Shown here: piece after piece, positions 26,212 through 40,869 of the stretch
Position numbering within the stretch: position 1 is the stretch's first letter
Layout of the letters: each line of letters starts with the position of its first letter
Assembly: GCF_006345805.1 (NCBI RefSeq)
Contig: NC_043017.1
Span: 30,132,001 to 30,196,000 of the forward strand
Length of the DNA stretch: 64,000 bases
DNA from: Octopus sinensis
Lineage: Eukaryota
Direction of reading: 5' to 3'
Notes under the pieces: generated by a model
Databases searched by the model: none
Told to the model about the DNA's origin: nothing
Seen by the model: the letters and a program-made list of their open reading frames with translations, nothing else
Position numbers and translations under genes: made by a program

Positions 26212-26331
26212 TGTATATTTATAGTAAAGATTTCTATGTCACCGGTATATACACATTTACATATATACATACATATATAATATATATTACACATATACAC
26301 AAATATATATATATTACACATATATATACGC

Positions 26332-26363
<32 letters not shown>

Positions 26364-26910
26364 TACACACACATATATATATAAATATATATTATACACA
26401 CACAATATATATATACATATATCTATATACACACACATATATATATACATATATATATATTACACACATATATATATATATACATATATATACGCCTATA
26501 TATATATACACACATATATATATATACATATATATATACATTATATGTATACATACATATATACACACATATATATACACATATATATATATATAATTAC
26601 ATATATATACATATGTATATACATACATATATGCATATATATACATACATACATATGTATATACATACATATGTATATACATACATATGTATATACATAC
26701 ATATGTATATACATACATATATGCATATATATACATACATATATGCATATATATACATAAATATATGCATATATATACATATGTATATACATACATATAT
26801 GCATATATATACATATATATATACATACATATATGCATATATATACATATATATATACATACATATATACACATATATATACATACATATATACACATAT
26901 ATATACATAC

Positions 26911-26942
<32 letters not shown>

Positions 26943-27225
26943 ATACATATACATACATATATATACATATACATACATACATATATATACATATACATAC
27001 ATACATATATATATATACATATATATTCACAAGCAAACAAATATGTATTAACTTAAACACGGGCACACTTTTACACGCCTATACATTACTCATTCACATG
27101 TGCATATGCATATAAACGAATTTATATATATATAATGTGTAAGAATATATATAATATTCTGTGTAAGCATGTATATGTAAATGTGTATATACCGGTGACA
27201 TAGAAATCTTTACTATAAATATACA
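26212..27225. repeat. Perfect 54-bp inverted repeat (26212-26265 / 27172-27225) enclosing a TA/CA-rich array
   Basis: TGTATATTTATAGTAAAGATTTCTATGTCACCGGTATATACACATTTACATATA and its exact reverse complement. Confidence 0.92.
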
Positions 27226-28231
27226 AACTAAGCACATTGACCAAGTTTACTTTCATAGTTTTCTATTTCAACTATCAAATCGTAGCAGTTCTTAAATAAC
27301 TCAGTTTATGTTCCTTTATATTCTTTTTATGTTCCATTTGATTCTGTTTATATTTTTCGCTTTTGTTTGTATATTTTTTAGCTTTTGTTTATGTATTTTT
27401 TAGCTTTTGTTTTATTTTCATCTTGATTTGATTTATTATTTTTTCTTTATTGACTCAAGATGTTTATTCGCCACCGACTCGTTCTTTCCGATATGTTATT
27501 TGCCAAACATGTATTTTCTTTAAAAGTAAACAAAACACAAACGCATAAGTGAATAAATAAATTATAATACAAGAGAGAATCTGTATAAAAAAAAAAAAAT
27601 TAGCTGAGCAGATTTAAAAGTGTATTTCTCGAAAAATCAATGAGTAAAATAAAAACTCCTCCAAAGTAATTAACATTAAAATGAAAATCAAACTGAAAAT
27701 TTCAAATAAATAATTAAATAAAGATTGAAAAATAAGATAAGTAAAAATAGGCCAAAGGAAGAAAGGACTCCTATAATATAATAGCAATTGGAATTAATAA
27801 GGTCTAACCCCCACCCAAGACCCGCCACCATCAACATGCCATTTGCGTCTTGAAATGTAATTTCAATCCAATGGTTAAGAGTAAATAATGAATATAAAAT
27901 TAAATGCGTTCACATAAACACAAATAAACACATGTGATTCTTTTTAGTGGTTCAACGTGCTAGAAATAATTCATGAGTATCTTTTAAATCACGTCTTCCT
28001 TTGTTTTGGCAAATGAGAATATTAGATAAATATTCTTAAAAAAAATACGACCGAAATAACAGTTTGGACCTAGTTAACCTTTCTGAAGTACAAGAAAATT
28101 CTGAACTGGGGTCCAATATAATCCTTCAGGGTCGATACAAGATTTTGGTAAAAATTATGCGCAATAAACTGGTTATACATCTACGGTGCACAAAATATTT
28201 TTTGAAGTCTTTTTAAATCTTTTGAGTATAA

Positions 28232-28614
28232 GTGTAGGCTTCATCGTGTGGTAAGAAGCTTACTTCCCAAACCCATGGTTCCGTGTTTAGTCCCACTGCG
28301 TAGCACTTTGGGCAACTTGCTTCTAATATAGCCTCGGGCCGACCAAATCCTTGTGAATGGATTTGGATAAAGGGAAGTGAAAGAAGACCGTCGTATATGT
28401 GTATATATGCTTATGTGTTTGTGTGTGTTTGTCCCCAACAGTGCTTGACGATCGGTGCTGGTTTGTTAACGTCCCTGTAACTTATCGGGGTCGGCAAAGA
28501 AGACGGATGGAATAAGTACCAGGTTCATTATAAATAAATACTTGGGTCGATACATTCGACTAAAATGTTTTCATGGCTGTGTCCCAGCATGACTGAAACA
28601 AGTAAAAGATAAAA
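28232..28614 (+). mobile_element. SINE family A, diverged
   Basis: Head, body GCCTCGGGCCGACCAAA and tail GACTGAAACAAGTAAAAG. Confidence 0.85.
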
Positions 28615-28639
28615 CATACATTTTTCTTTTAAACATCAC

Positions 28640-28975
28640 ATGGTTGTTCGGGTCCACTCCTGTAAGGTAGGATATCTATGGAGAACTGCTTCGAAAACTC
28701 TGGCTTCTATATCCAGACTACGAATCATAATTGGAGCACTAGGTTTTATAAATGCGTAAAGGAATATCTGGATAAAATGAGATTTTCAGAAAGACAAGTC
28801 GACCGGCTAATTCGTTCATTACGAGTGCAATCTGTGAGTGGAACAGTGAAAATATTTGCAAGGCTTTTCTCAAGTTCCAAATGTGAATTTATCTGTGTTA
28901 TCTACTTCCCAAAGATGGCGCCTTGTATCTCTGTAGGAAACCGGCTCCCTCCTCAGTGGAAAATATATAATAATT
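28640..28975 (+). mobile_element. 3' end of a restriction-like-endonuclease (RLE) non-LTR retrotransposon
   Basis: YGELLRKLWLLYPDY...IIIGALGF...RLIRSLRVQSVSGTVKI, resembling the C-terminus of R4/Dong-type RLE domains. Confidence 0.7.
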
Positions 28976-29159
28976 AGAAGATAGAAGAGACATAGATACG
29001 TACATCTATGTGGGTTCCTTTTCAATACATTTTCTGGTTTAAAATAACGCATCAGACGCTATGATGTATCTAAGGTGTAATTACAATAGTTGCTTAAACA
29101 CTGCATAAGGAGTAGACAACTACCGTAAATACACAGGCACAGACACAAGTATATATACA

Positions 29160-29200
<41 letters not shown>

Positions 29201-29605
29201 ATATATATACATATATGTATGTATGTGTATATATATATATACACACAAGCACAAATATATGTACATACACACACATATATACAGCTTCGGCTAAGCGTAA
29301 CTCGTGAGTAAGTCAACATTCCATATATAATATATGTGATTCAGTATTGACTCGATTGGATTTCAATAATTATCATGATGCTTGATATATGGATGTTTCT
29401 ATTAAACACATTCAGGTGTTAAAGATAAATGATTGTTGGAATTAAATGGTTTTGATTTATTATTAGGTGTCTTTTAGCAAACCTTGTATGTATATATGTA
29501 TATATATATAATTTTGCGATTTGGTTTGCAAGATTCTTTTTACGAGTTCGTGTGTTTAAGCATATTCTGTTGTGTCTGGGGAGAGTCATTTTCTTTTTGT
29601 GCCAT

Positions 29606-29646
<41 letters not shown>

Positions 29647-30646
29647 CATTTTATATATAGAAATAACAATGTATATATATAAACGTTTTCAGCTTTAGAT
29701 GTACTGCCTTCCATAGAATCATGTATGGAACGCTTCTAAAGCACTCAATATCTCACGACATACGATATTAATCTTATATAAAACTGAAATTATATAGAGC
29801 ACCTATATATTTCAAATTCTTGCTAACTTTTTTTCTATCAAGGTAGCTGAGATTATGCGTAGAGACAGCTTTCCAAGGAGATGGTCACACGTGATTTATT
29901 TGCAGACTTATTTTACAGCTCAGCGTCAGGAACCATTTTTTGAAGTGTTTCAATACAATAATTCTGAGTGATTTAATCTCCTGTACCAACAGGAGATCCT
30001 CAGATTCCTTTTAAAAGAAATTTATATAAAAAAAACATTATGGAATCATTCGAGTCTATTTATTCTTGTGTCTTAATAAACCCGAGTAGGACCACGTACT
30101 ACTTGTATTACGTTAAATATACAAGATTTTACATTAAATAAATGGGGATTTTTCATTTCATTTATAGGTGTTTATTTATGTATTTTTATTTTTATTTATT
30201 CACGTTTGATGGATAAATACGGAAATGTTGATTCTACACTTATATCAACAAATGAATTTGGAAAAATCTTCTACATCGATTAATTGTTTCTGACACAGAC
30301 CTGAAATTTCTTTAGAATCTTCATTTTTATCTCAAATTAAACGAATGTCGGGGCACAGTGAAATAGTTCACCCTCCTCACTTCCTCATAGCCGTACAAAA
30401 CATGCACATGCAAATGTGATTATAGAAGAATAATAACGAAAATATATAAGTTTTCAACAACGAAGTAGCAAGAAACACACGTGTATTTCCATAAAAGCAA
30501 ATTACATGTAACAAGGTTCACGCAAGTATAGAGATTGGAGCTAATACACACACATAGATAGATATACAGATATATATTTATATATATATTTATATATATT
30601 TATATTTATGTATATATAAATTTATATTTATGTTTATATACATATA

Positions 30647-31032
30647 GGCGCAGGAGTGGCTGTGTGGTAAGTAGCTTGCTAACCAACCACATGGTTCCGG
30701 GTTCAGTCCCACTGCGTGGCATCTTGGGCAAGTGTCTTCTGCTATAGCCCCGGGCCGACCAATGCCTTGTGAGTGGATTTGGTAGACGGAAACTGAAAGA
30801 AGCCTGTCGTATATATGTATATGTATATATGTATATGTATATATATATGTTTGTGTGTGTGTCTGTGTTTGTCCCCCTAGCATTGCTTGACAACCGATGC
30901 TGGTGTGTGTTTACGTCCCCGTCACTTAGCGGTTCGGCAAAAGAATAAGTCCCGGGGTCGAGTTGCTCGATTAAAGGCGGTGCTCCAGCATGACCGCAGT
31001 CAAATGACTGAAACAAGTAAAAGAGTAAAGAG
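30647..31032 (+). mobile_element. SINE family A, young copy
   Basis: Near-identical to the 62511 copy apart from a short internal deletion and microsatellite length. Confidence 0.93.
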
Positions 31033-32084
31033 TATATATATATTTATATTTATGTATATATATATATATGTGTGTGTGTGTGAGTATAGAAAGATAAATA
31101 TATATATGACTGAGTGCGGATCAGGACTACACAATTATACACAAACACATACACGCATGCCCACATATATACACACGTGCACACATACATACATACATAT
31201 ATATACACACATATATACATACACATATATATACACACATATATACATACACATATATATACACAGATATATACACACACACATGCATATATATATAGTT
31301 GCATATGTACATAAAAATATCGACGCATATATCCATGCTCACATACATTTACGCCCATACACATATATACACGTCTCTGCCTATTCAAATTTACTTTCAC
31401 ACGCTCACATTTCAAAGTGATATTTGAACAACGCATATTATACATTCATGTATAGAAATATATATATACATGTATACCTACATATAGTTACATACATAGA
31501 TATATAAAATGTAGAGAACGGTTTTGTATAATTTGCAAATGCACAGAGCGGTAAACGCGTTACAAAGGAAGAATGGGCCAACAGTACAAATGTGAAATTG
31601 ATGTAACACAACCTGAAAATATCCCCGATTAAACAAATCAAAACAGAATTTTGCATAGCATTAGAAAACTGCATTAACTTGTGAGCATCGATCGGTTTTG
31701 TGAGAGAGAATAGGATGTACACTTGACAACATTTCTGCAGAAGCACCATTGGAAGCAGTAGTAGTACTAGTAGCAAGAACCGAACAAAATCAGCGCAGCA
31801 GCAGTTTCGGAGCTTTCTGAATCTGTAGACTATCACTCTCCGACAAAATATTGTTTCCTATTTCAACGTTGCCTTCTACGCTATCATAGCTGCGTTTTAT
31901 CCATAGCTAAGAACACTATAATTCGGCGGCTGCCGCTAGTTTCCATTTATTCGGACATAAATACATTTATGAATAAATAAAGACAGCCTATACCCAGAAA
32001 CATAATTTGAAAGAAATATACATGAAAGAGAAAAAAATATATCCGAAACATGCATAAATCGACAAATTTGTGGGTTGGAGTTGG

Positions 32085-32180
32085 AAAATAAAATCGATTT
32101 CATCACACGATTGGTACTTTATTTTATCGATCCCTCATAGATGAGAGGCAAAATTTATCTCGGAGAGATTTGCAACATAC
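32085..32180 (-). mobile_element. SINE family B, degenerate fragment
   Basis: TGGTACTTTATTTTATCGATCCC...GGCAAAATTTATCTCGG. Confidence 0.55.
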
Positions 32181-34459
32181 CTTTCGATATTTAGTTAATG
32201 TTCTGACAATTGACCCTGAAACCAATGAATAAGATGTATTTGGCAATGTTAAACACTATATTTTATAGCTATGTTGTAATATACTTAAAGTATGTATACC
32301 GTTGTTTGACCATTTATTGCGTTAGTCGTTCTAAGATAACATCTCTTCTGAATGTTGTGGTGATATCGCAATAAGTATTGGTCGGAAAGACAAATAGTCC
32401 CGGCAGAAGCCAGTGACACCGCCATAGACCTTTCGGCTTAAATGGACCAGCCACATGCTCAAATAAGTATTCATATCCTATAATACCGAGAGACACTGAA
32501 TAAAATACTCATTTGTGTTGCGAATTGTGCCAAGACGGTTAAATCACTATTAAACACAATTCAAGCACCGTTTAATTAAAACAGACACCTACGTATCATA
32601 CCTAATATAAGTTAACCTTGGTGATTTGGTCATACTTCTGTTAGTACTAGGATAGCATAAGTTATTCACGTGCTGGAGTAAAAACAATAAACAATAGATA
32701 TCGGAGATTCCTTTCTTAAGTTAGCATAGTAGATCGCCTTTATGCTTGATCTCATCGCTAATATAGTCTCACGTTATTTTGCTAAAGATCGATTAATTGC
32801 TCACTATATGTTTATGATTGCACAGTGTTTGTCGAGTTGTTTTAATGTAAAAACAGACCATAACGGTAATATTCCGTTGACCTCGCAGAAATTGGATCCA
32901 CTAGAGTGACGCTCTACATATACTGATCGATTATCTTTGTAACAACGTTGGCGATGATGTTATTACCGCCCGACACCGCTGCCCATTTACAATAAAGTCA
33001 ATGCCCGATACACACACATGCACACACAAAGGCACACACATGCAATGCGAAATGACGAAATTTGAAGCATCACCATGGATGCTAATGACCTCAATTGTAT
33101 TGTCTCACCCTTTCCATGGATTATGGGTTTTGAAATATGGCTTGCAAACGAAATACTTCAGAATTAAAGCAAATTCCTCCGAGTTAACGAAACACACTCT
33201 GAACAGAATTATGCTCCAATGATTTAACGATTCGCTAGTAGCATGGACTTTATATCAAATATGCCCATCCCACCTATATGGAATCTGTGACTATGCCTAT
33301 ACTATTACTCTTTCACATAATATATGTCACTTGAGTGACTTTTCTACTTCAAACAGTCCAAACAGTTGCATAAAGTAATTTGCGTTTCTATTAAGAAGCC
33401 CTAAGCCTTGAGTATACATATGGGCAGGATCATTCCAACCATGATCAATCGTGATTTTTGTATATCAGGTAGCATGTGGTCCATTTAAAATTATAGATTT
33501 TGAAATGTTATATGGCTTCTATTTCAAACAGATTTTTCTGTAGTCTCCACTGATAATATTTAATACGTGATCAAAATATTTAAAGATGATGAAAATATTC
33601 CAGCAGTAGTCTTCTTCTAAGTTCAGGGAGCACATGACCAGTTTCTCTCAAGAATCCTTTTCCAAAACGATGACAGAGTGATTTGGGGGTAATTTGCCTT
33701 CTGCTTCCACAGATTAAATAATTGTGTAGTGACTCCATTCTTTGTGCAAGAATGTGCAAATAGTCATGTGCGGAAGAGAAGAAAAATGTTGCGAAAAAAT
33801 AACAAGATCAATAATATTATCTTACGTAAGCACTTAACGACGAAATTGCAGGAGAGAGAACAATATCGAATGATATGCCTTACAGCCTTCTGGCATTACA
33901 GCAGGACGTGTCTTCCGATATTTACAATATGTACATAATATGAAATATGAAAATGCTGTTTATGACTTCCTGAAGTCACCTATTTTGTCAAAGATTAACA
34001 TTTCACTGGAATAGACATTATGTGACCTGTCGTGCTGCTGGAACATAGAGACATATATCTAGAGAACCAAGAAAAATGACGTACTCCATTATTCAAGAAG
34101 GAAGACTCAATGCTGTGTCAGAAACAAGCGAGGGTATTACTGTCGGTAAAAATGTTTCTTAATAAACCTGCTTGATACTGAATAAGCTGGGGATAAACAA
34201 AATTTAAAACACCTTACACTCAGGAGATGAGACCTCATACACAATTGCTAAAAGGATAACATTCCAACAGGGGTGCAGCATCAAAATATTTTGCTAGAAT
34301 GAGATAGGATTTCGATCACATTATCACCCTCGGTACGTTTTTATGAAGAACATTTGACAGGAATAAACAAAGCTGTCAATTATAGCATTTGCACTTAATA
34401 CGTAATTGAAAAAGACAGATAGTAAAAATGCGCAACGAAATATTGGTTGCAAATTTTTT

Positions 34460-34662
34460 CAGGGGACCAGCAGATTCGTGGAAGTGATAAGTCAAATTAA
34501 ATCGACCCCAGTATTCAGTTAGTGCTTATTTTACTGACCCCGAGAAAAAAAAAAGGCAAAGTCAACACTGGTGAAATTTTTTTTAGTTAGAATGAAAAAA
34601 AAATGACGATATTACGCTGAGCATTTGACCCCCGTCTGCTAACGGTTCTGTCAGCTCGCCGC
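34460..34662 (-). mobile_element. SINE family B, degenerate
   Basis: ATCGACCCCAGT...GGCAAAGTCAAC...CAGCTCGCCGCC. Confidence 0.75.
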
Positions 34663-35460
34663 CTTCAAGTAAAAATATGCAACGAAATATTGCATATTAT
34701 TCTGTCGGACATCCTGCTGTTTCTGTGAATCTACTGCTCGGCATCTGCTGCAACATTATTGATTGCTGTTGTCTACTATATATAGTAGAGTTTGCAGCTT
34801 AATATAGTAAGATATGTGCTCCCGGCAAATATAGACTATGACTATTGTTACTTCTTAGCTGAAGCTATTCCAGTTCTCTTACATAATTATTAATAAATTC
34901 AGGTAAGAGCATAGAATGCGATGTTCACCTGGCATAGAATACTAGACTTCTTTTACTCGATAATAAGAAAAATCAATTCTGATTGGTTTTTACCCGAAAT
35001 ATTATAGTTCTAGTCAATTAATCTAAAGTTCTAACACCTTTTTTTTTGTTACATTTCGTGAGTTATTTATTCAAATAATAATAATAATAATAACGATAAT
35101 AATAATAATAATAATAAAATGTGCTAAAATCCGAATTTTCAAAAGGACTACGTAATATAACTGTTAAAAATTATATGTCCTTCACAGAAGACCGGTTCCC
35201 TCCTAAAAGCAGAAATGGTACACTGTTTATTGCCTAGAAATTCATTAAACTTCAAATGCTGATATCAAATATTCTGTGAAAGAAAAAGTTATAAAAAAAT
35301 AAAAATAAATGAGATTGTAAAAATGTTTTGCATCGAGAGAGGGGAAAATATACGTGCATCTTTTTAAGTTCATGAAAAAATGGGCTAATGTTGCATTAAG
35401 TAGGATATCTGAGCAGTTCTCAGAAGGGAAACATATAGAAAAATAAGGAAAAAGAACGCG

Positions 35461-35505
<45 letters not shown>

Positions 35506-36185
35506 TATGGTTGAGTGTGTATGTGTACCTTACTATCTATAAAAATGTTTAGATAAATAGATAGATAGATAGATAGATAGATATCCATATTCACACACCC
35601 ACACACGTACATTTTCCCCAACGTACATAAACTAAACTAATCAAAGTGTGCCTGCGAAATTAGAATTATGGGCTTTTAATCCAATAAAGCATATCTAAGC
35701 TCGTAAGCAATAAACCCTGAAACCTACGAATTTCTTTTACCAAATTGCAATTTTTTTTTATACTCGTTTGCTGTTTCATTGATACTAGAAGTTTGTATAT
35801 TTATGATAAACTTCCTGCTATGTCATTATTACTTGAAGTCATTTATTATTCTACTCTCGTCAACTCTTAAACCCAATAGAAGTAAGCAAAATAATGCAAA
35901 TATATTCTGGAAACATCATTAAAAATTAAGTCTACTTGATTCTCTTGAACTGTTTTGTTTGTTTTTGATTCTAATGTTTTGTTGTTTTCCTGGCAAATCT
36001 AAGAATTGTAAAAAAAAAGAAGGAAATTAGAAAGAAAATCGTCATTCATATGGATGGTACCGAACCATAAATATAGAAATACAGACACCTTTGTTGAGAT
36101 AGATTTATATCGTATATATTTTAACTACGCAGATACTAGGTTATATACCTAAACAAATACAGCGCTTTAAACACACACATATGTG

Positions 36186-36230
<45 letters not shown>

Positions 36231-37984
36231 GTTTCTTCTATTTACTGTTATACAGAGACAGATAGATGCTAAGAAAGATATATACTTATGCATTTTAGGT
36301 AGATTTATAAATAAACATACAATCGTTTTGAGAAAAATAAATCACGACTCAAAAGTGTATACATACACTTATTTATATGTTCCTACGCCCATGCATACAC
36401 TCACGCACATATATACACTCACGAACATATAAGTACGTTTACATCTTTGCATATACAAATTACACAATTTAATATGGAAAGCTTCGTGCTCCCACGAGTT
36501 TACAGAAAATGTAGATTTGGATCACCTTAAATGCTTTTTAAAAGCTAGATTAAGTTTTCCCCTTCATTTGATGGAAATCCTCGCTTTGATTTATTCAATC
36601 ATTTAAATTAGTTAAAAAAATATTTTGGTTCAATTACTGTCGTCATGTTTTCTATTGGAAATGTGAAACTAAACGAAAAAACTAAATAAAAGATGACACA
36701 TGGAGAATAAGCAAGAGAGAGAGAGAGAGGAGAGTAAGTAGGAGGAGGGGAGAGAGAGAGGTGGGGTTGCTAAAAACGTAATAAAGAGATAAGGACAGAA
36801 TGAGAGAGAACTAAGGGGAAAAAATCACAAGTAATTTTATTAAGACATGCTAATTTTTTTAGCTGTTACTATTTATTCTCTCTCGAAGCAATGAAGTTTT
36901 CTCTTCGATCGATCTTAGCATTTGGTTAGTGTCTGCTTCTGGGTTTTGATTCCTCTCATTCCATCTTTCCCACTCTCTTTCTTTCTCTGCTTCTCTTGCT
37001 TTTCTCCAGTTTGTAATTTTATGAGCATGTTCTTCAAACAATAAAGGTTTGCAAATGTAACATAATTGTTGAACTTTAAAAAGAAATAAAAACAGGAAAA
37101 ACATTATTCTGAATTGGTTGTAGAATTTGAATAAGCGTTCAGATTATTACTTACTGTGTTTGCAAATTGGCAGAGTGCTTATTGATTCTATGCCCTATAT
37201 TTTCAAACGAGTGCCATAAATATTGATTTCTTTTGACTGGAGGGACAACGTGAATTGAATCACTTCTCTCTTCAGTAATATTCTCGTAATTACATTTCAG
37301 AATCCAGAAGTAATAAATACAAAATTAGACCTAGTGGAGTTTGAACGCAGAGCAGAAATTACCCAAGGCAAATATTAAACATGCTATGGATCAGGAACAT
37401 AGATTCCAGGAGATAAGATAATTTGTTTTTTACTCTTAAAGTTAAGGCCCTTATTGGGTTTATTTGGGGCACTGATTCCAAAAATGCTATTATTTTTTGC
37501 CATTATATATCTACTTTGGCAAATGGAGTATACCCATTTATACGAAGCTGTGTGAGATCACAGGCTGAAATTTGACTTCAGTTCCATCGTTTTAGCTACC
37601 ATTATTTGGATGCATATATGTCAGTATATGGAAAACTATGTTTGATCTTATGTTGAGGGTAGATCTTACTTATGTTCCAGAATGCCTAGGGAGAGCAGCA
37701 TAAGTAATGTCGTGTATATATACAATATTAATCCTTCTAGATAACATTTGTGGAAATGGACTTATGAAGATATATACCTGAAAGCCATTACGCTTGGTAT
37801 GGAGTGTTACTAAAAGACCAAAAATCATTGTTTTAGTTTAAGATGAAGGGCAACGTTCGAAATTATCGACATATATAGTCATATGTGAATATAGTATCAA
37901 AACGTGGATCTGTTGCGAAGCAAATGACTTGTAGGTCTCCCAACTTAAGATGATAATCAGACAGGTTTAGTGATGTACATTGTG

Positions 37985-38367
37985 AATGAAAGCACTACGT
38001 CGGTTACGACGATGAGGATTCCGGTTGATCCGAAACGGAATCGCCTGCTCGTGAAATTAATGTGTAAGTGGCTGAGCACTCCACAGACACGTGCACCCTT
38101 AACGTAGTTCTCGGGGATATTAAGCGTGACACAGAGAGTGACAAGGACGGCCCTTTGAAATACAGGTACAACAGAAACAGGAAGTAAGTGTGAGAGAAAG
38201 TTGTGGTGAAAGAGTACAGCAGCGATCACCACCATCCCCTGCCGGAGCCTCGTGGAGCTTTTAGGTGTTTTCGCTCAATAAACACTCACAATGCCTGTTC
38301 TGGGAATTGAAACCGCGATCCTATGACCGCGAGTCTGCTGCCCTAACCACTGGGCCATTGCGCCTCC
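37985..38367 (-). mobile_element. tRNA-derived SINE family C, full length
   Basis: Minus-strand head GGAGGCGCAATGGCCCAGTGGTTAGGGCAGC...GGTTTCAATTCC; body shared with the 6249 copy; distinct 3' module ending ...CGTCGTAACCGACGTAGTGC. Confidence 0.85.
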
Positions 38368-38374
38368 ACGATGT

Positions 38375-38830
38375 ACATTGTAACACATATATGGATGCTA
38401 AAAAGGATTGTCATGTCTTGCTCACTGCTATGATAAAGCACTTGTTATTTAGTGGCGACTTCATGGATCTAAAGCTCTCAGAGACTGTAGCTGGGCTAAA
38501 TTCTACAAAAAATGATTGCGTTCTATTTCAAGAGGAAAATAAATTCGCTGCCTTTGCTCCCTGTGGGAAAAAGCCTAGTTTCGTGCGATGACGATTGCAA
38601 CGCTTCTGTGCAAAACTGATAAATCATATTACTTGCTAAAGGATGGAAGGTTTTTCTCTCACAACTTCAAGCAAACCTTTGATGATATTTCTCTTTAGAC
38701 AACGGCAAAAAAACACGATTGGCTCCCAGTTAATCATATTGTCGTGATGAAAGGGAAGTTCAAAGCTCTCACATTAACTTTGGGAAAAAGCTGAGGTGTC
38801 GAGATAATCAATGGCCAATGTGTGCCATGC
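38375..38830 (+). mobile_element. Possible highly decayed hAT (Buster/Charlie-like) transposase fragment
   Basis: Scattered frame-switching peptides CLAHCYDKALV, SGRLHGS, NDCVLFQEEN, RLQRF and HINFGKK in the order expected. Weak. Confidence 0.3.
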
Positions 38831-39339
38831 AACATTAATGTGGCATCATGTTTATTCCAGAGACTCACGTTCCGCCCTTCAATCCTTTTACTCTTTGATG
38901 AGCTCATCGCGTAAAGCGTATTTATTTTTCAGGAAAGTGATTTAAGTGACAGTCAAGATAATACATTTTCAATTACCACGTTACAAATTGGCTGCAGAAA
39001 ATAAAATATCCACGTGATTTCTCTTCTAAAAATAATAGATCCAAATATGACCTCTGGATAAACTAAATCGGTCAATACAATTAATGTACATCAAGGGTAA
39101 GGCATTAATATATGAATGCAGTGAGTGTTTTCTTAGCAAATCCTTCTGACGAACTGACGAATACATGACAGCAATGACTGTTTTTTTTTCATTAAATGTA
39201 TATTTAGAAGAATCACGGCGGTTTATGCATAATTTTCAGTTGTCTTAGTTGAAGAAAACTGCCCTAACGGTGGTGAAACAGACAAGTATTGAGAATTACG
39301 CCGAGGAACGAGTTGTAAGTTTATGAAAATTGGCTGTAA

Positions 39340-39732
39340 TCTCTATATATAAAACTGAAGTTGTCTGTGTAAGGCAGGTTTGGTAGCCTTCAACTATCAC
39401 TCTCTCCTCCGAGACCCTGCGGCGCAAGTTGACCAAAATTGAAAGTATGATAGAAGAAGGCTTGCTCTTCCTTCCGTACGAGTAAAAATTCAAATCGGAC
39501 CATGTTAACGCCAAAAATTAGTTACATAAAAAGGTGCTTTTTTTTTCTATGATAATCCCTATTTTTTACGATTTTATGACAGCTGTGTCGCCATTTTTTC
39601 GGTATATTTCAACCAGAAAAATCTTCACTTTAAAAAGAATAAAAAGCTACATAAAGCAACATTTTTACTTTTCAAAAAAACCAATTCTAAAGTGTCGAAA
39701 CAAACTCGACCAATGCCGGGCGATACTGCTAG
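39340..39732 (+). mobile_element. Complete non-autonomous Helitron (~393 bp)
   Basis: Starts A|TCTCTATATATAAAACTGAAGTTGTCTG and ends with a GC-rich subterminal hairpin (CTCGAC-CAAT-GCCGGG) followed by CTAG|T. AT target, no TSD. Confidence 0.8.
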
Positions 39733-40058
39733 TATTCATAAATATTGACATTACATACACAATCAATTAAAGTATTTGAGAAGAGAGATTAAAATGAAGG
39801 GCATGCAGACAAATTTCCACAAGTTAAATTTTAAAATAAACAAACAAAAAAAAAAGAACGGAAGGAGACACTGGAGAAGGTGAATTACATCCCAATGGTT
39901 GATTCAATTTGGGGCATCCAAATACACAGTCTTGGAAAATCTCATTAGACGAATTCTAATAAAAAGCGGTATTTCTTTTCAATGTTTTGCTTCACTGACG
40001 ACCTATATTTCTGACTCACAATCAATGCAGAGTCATGTTTTTTTTTATCAATTTTTTT

Positions 40059-40443
40059 CTCTTTTACTTGCTTCAGTCATTTGACCTTGGCCATGCTGAA
40101 GCACCGCCTTTAGTCAAGCAAATCGATCCCAGGACTTAATCGTTGTAAGGCAAGTGCTTATTCTATCAGTCTCTTTTGCCGAACAGCTAAGTTACGAGGA
40201 CGTAAACACACCAACATCGATTCTCAAGCGAAGTTGGGGGAGAAACACAAACACGCAAATACATACACACATGTACATATATACGACGGGCTTCTTTCAG
40301 TTTTCTTCTACGAAATCCACTCACAAGATTTGGTCTTCCCGAGGCTATAGCAGAAGACACTTGCCCAAGGTGACACGCAGTGGGACTGAACCCGGAACCA
40401 TGTGGTTGGTAAACAAGCTACTTACCACACAGCCACTCCTGCA
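40059..40443 (-). mobile_element. SINE family A
   Basis: Reverse-complement head, body and tail all present. Confidence 0.9.
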
Positions 40444-40869
40444 CTTACTGTTGCTGAGAAGAATTGAAATATTTTCAGTCAGGAATCAGAAACACAATTG
40501 GAATCAGGCTAACAACAAAGAGACGAGTCTGTGTTCATGCACGCATACATTCATACATACATACGAACATACATACATACAAACGTACATGCGCACATAC
40601 ATATATTCATACATAAGTGCATACATGTATATATGCATACTTAAATACATTGTGTAGACATGCAACTAAATGCATGAAAATACATATAAAACGAAAACCT
40701 ACAAATCTGCACAAGCACTAACTCCGAATATGGCACGTGTACGCACACATACATGGAAATACACTCAGTCGATGTTGTTGAAATCCCTATGAAGTAGCCA
40801 TAGATCTCGGTTGGATACCGACTCTTTCTCTGTCGTCAAGAAAGCTTAAAATAGAAACCAATAATGACA

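Noticed and set aside
32314-32496. Possible terminal exon with claudin-like GLWRC
   Set aside because: Only a five-residue resemblance plus a modest acceptor. There is no upstream W or TM context and no partner exons.
33850-34300. Possible RT remnant (YSRTCLPIF, KRITFQQG)
   Set aside because: The motifs are too short and degenerate to support a family call.
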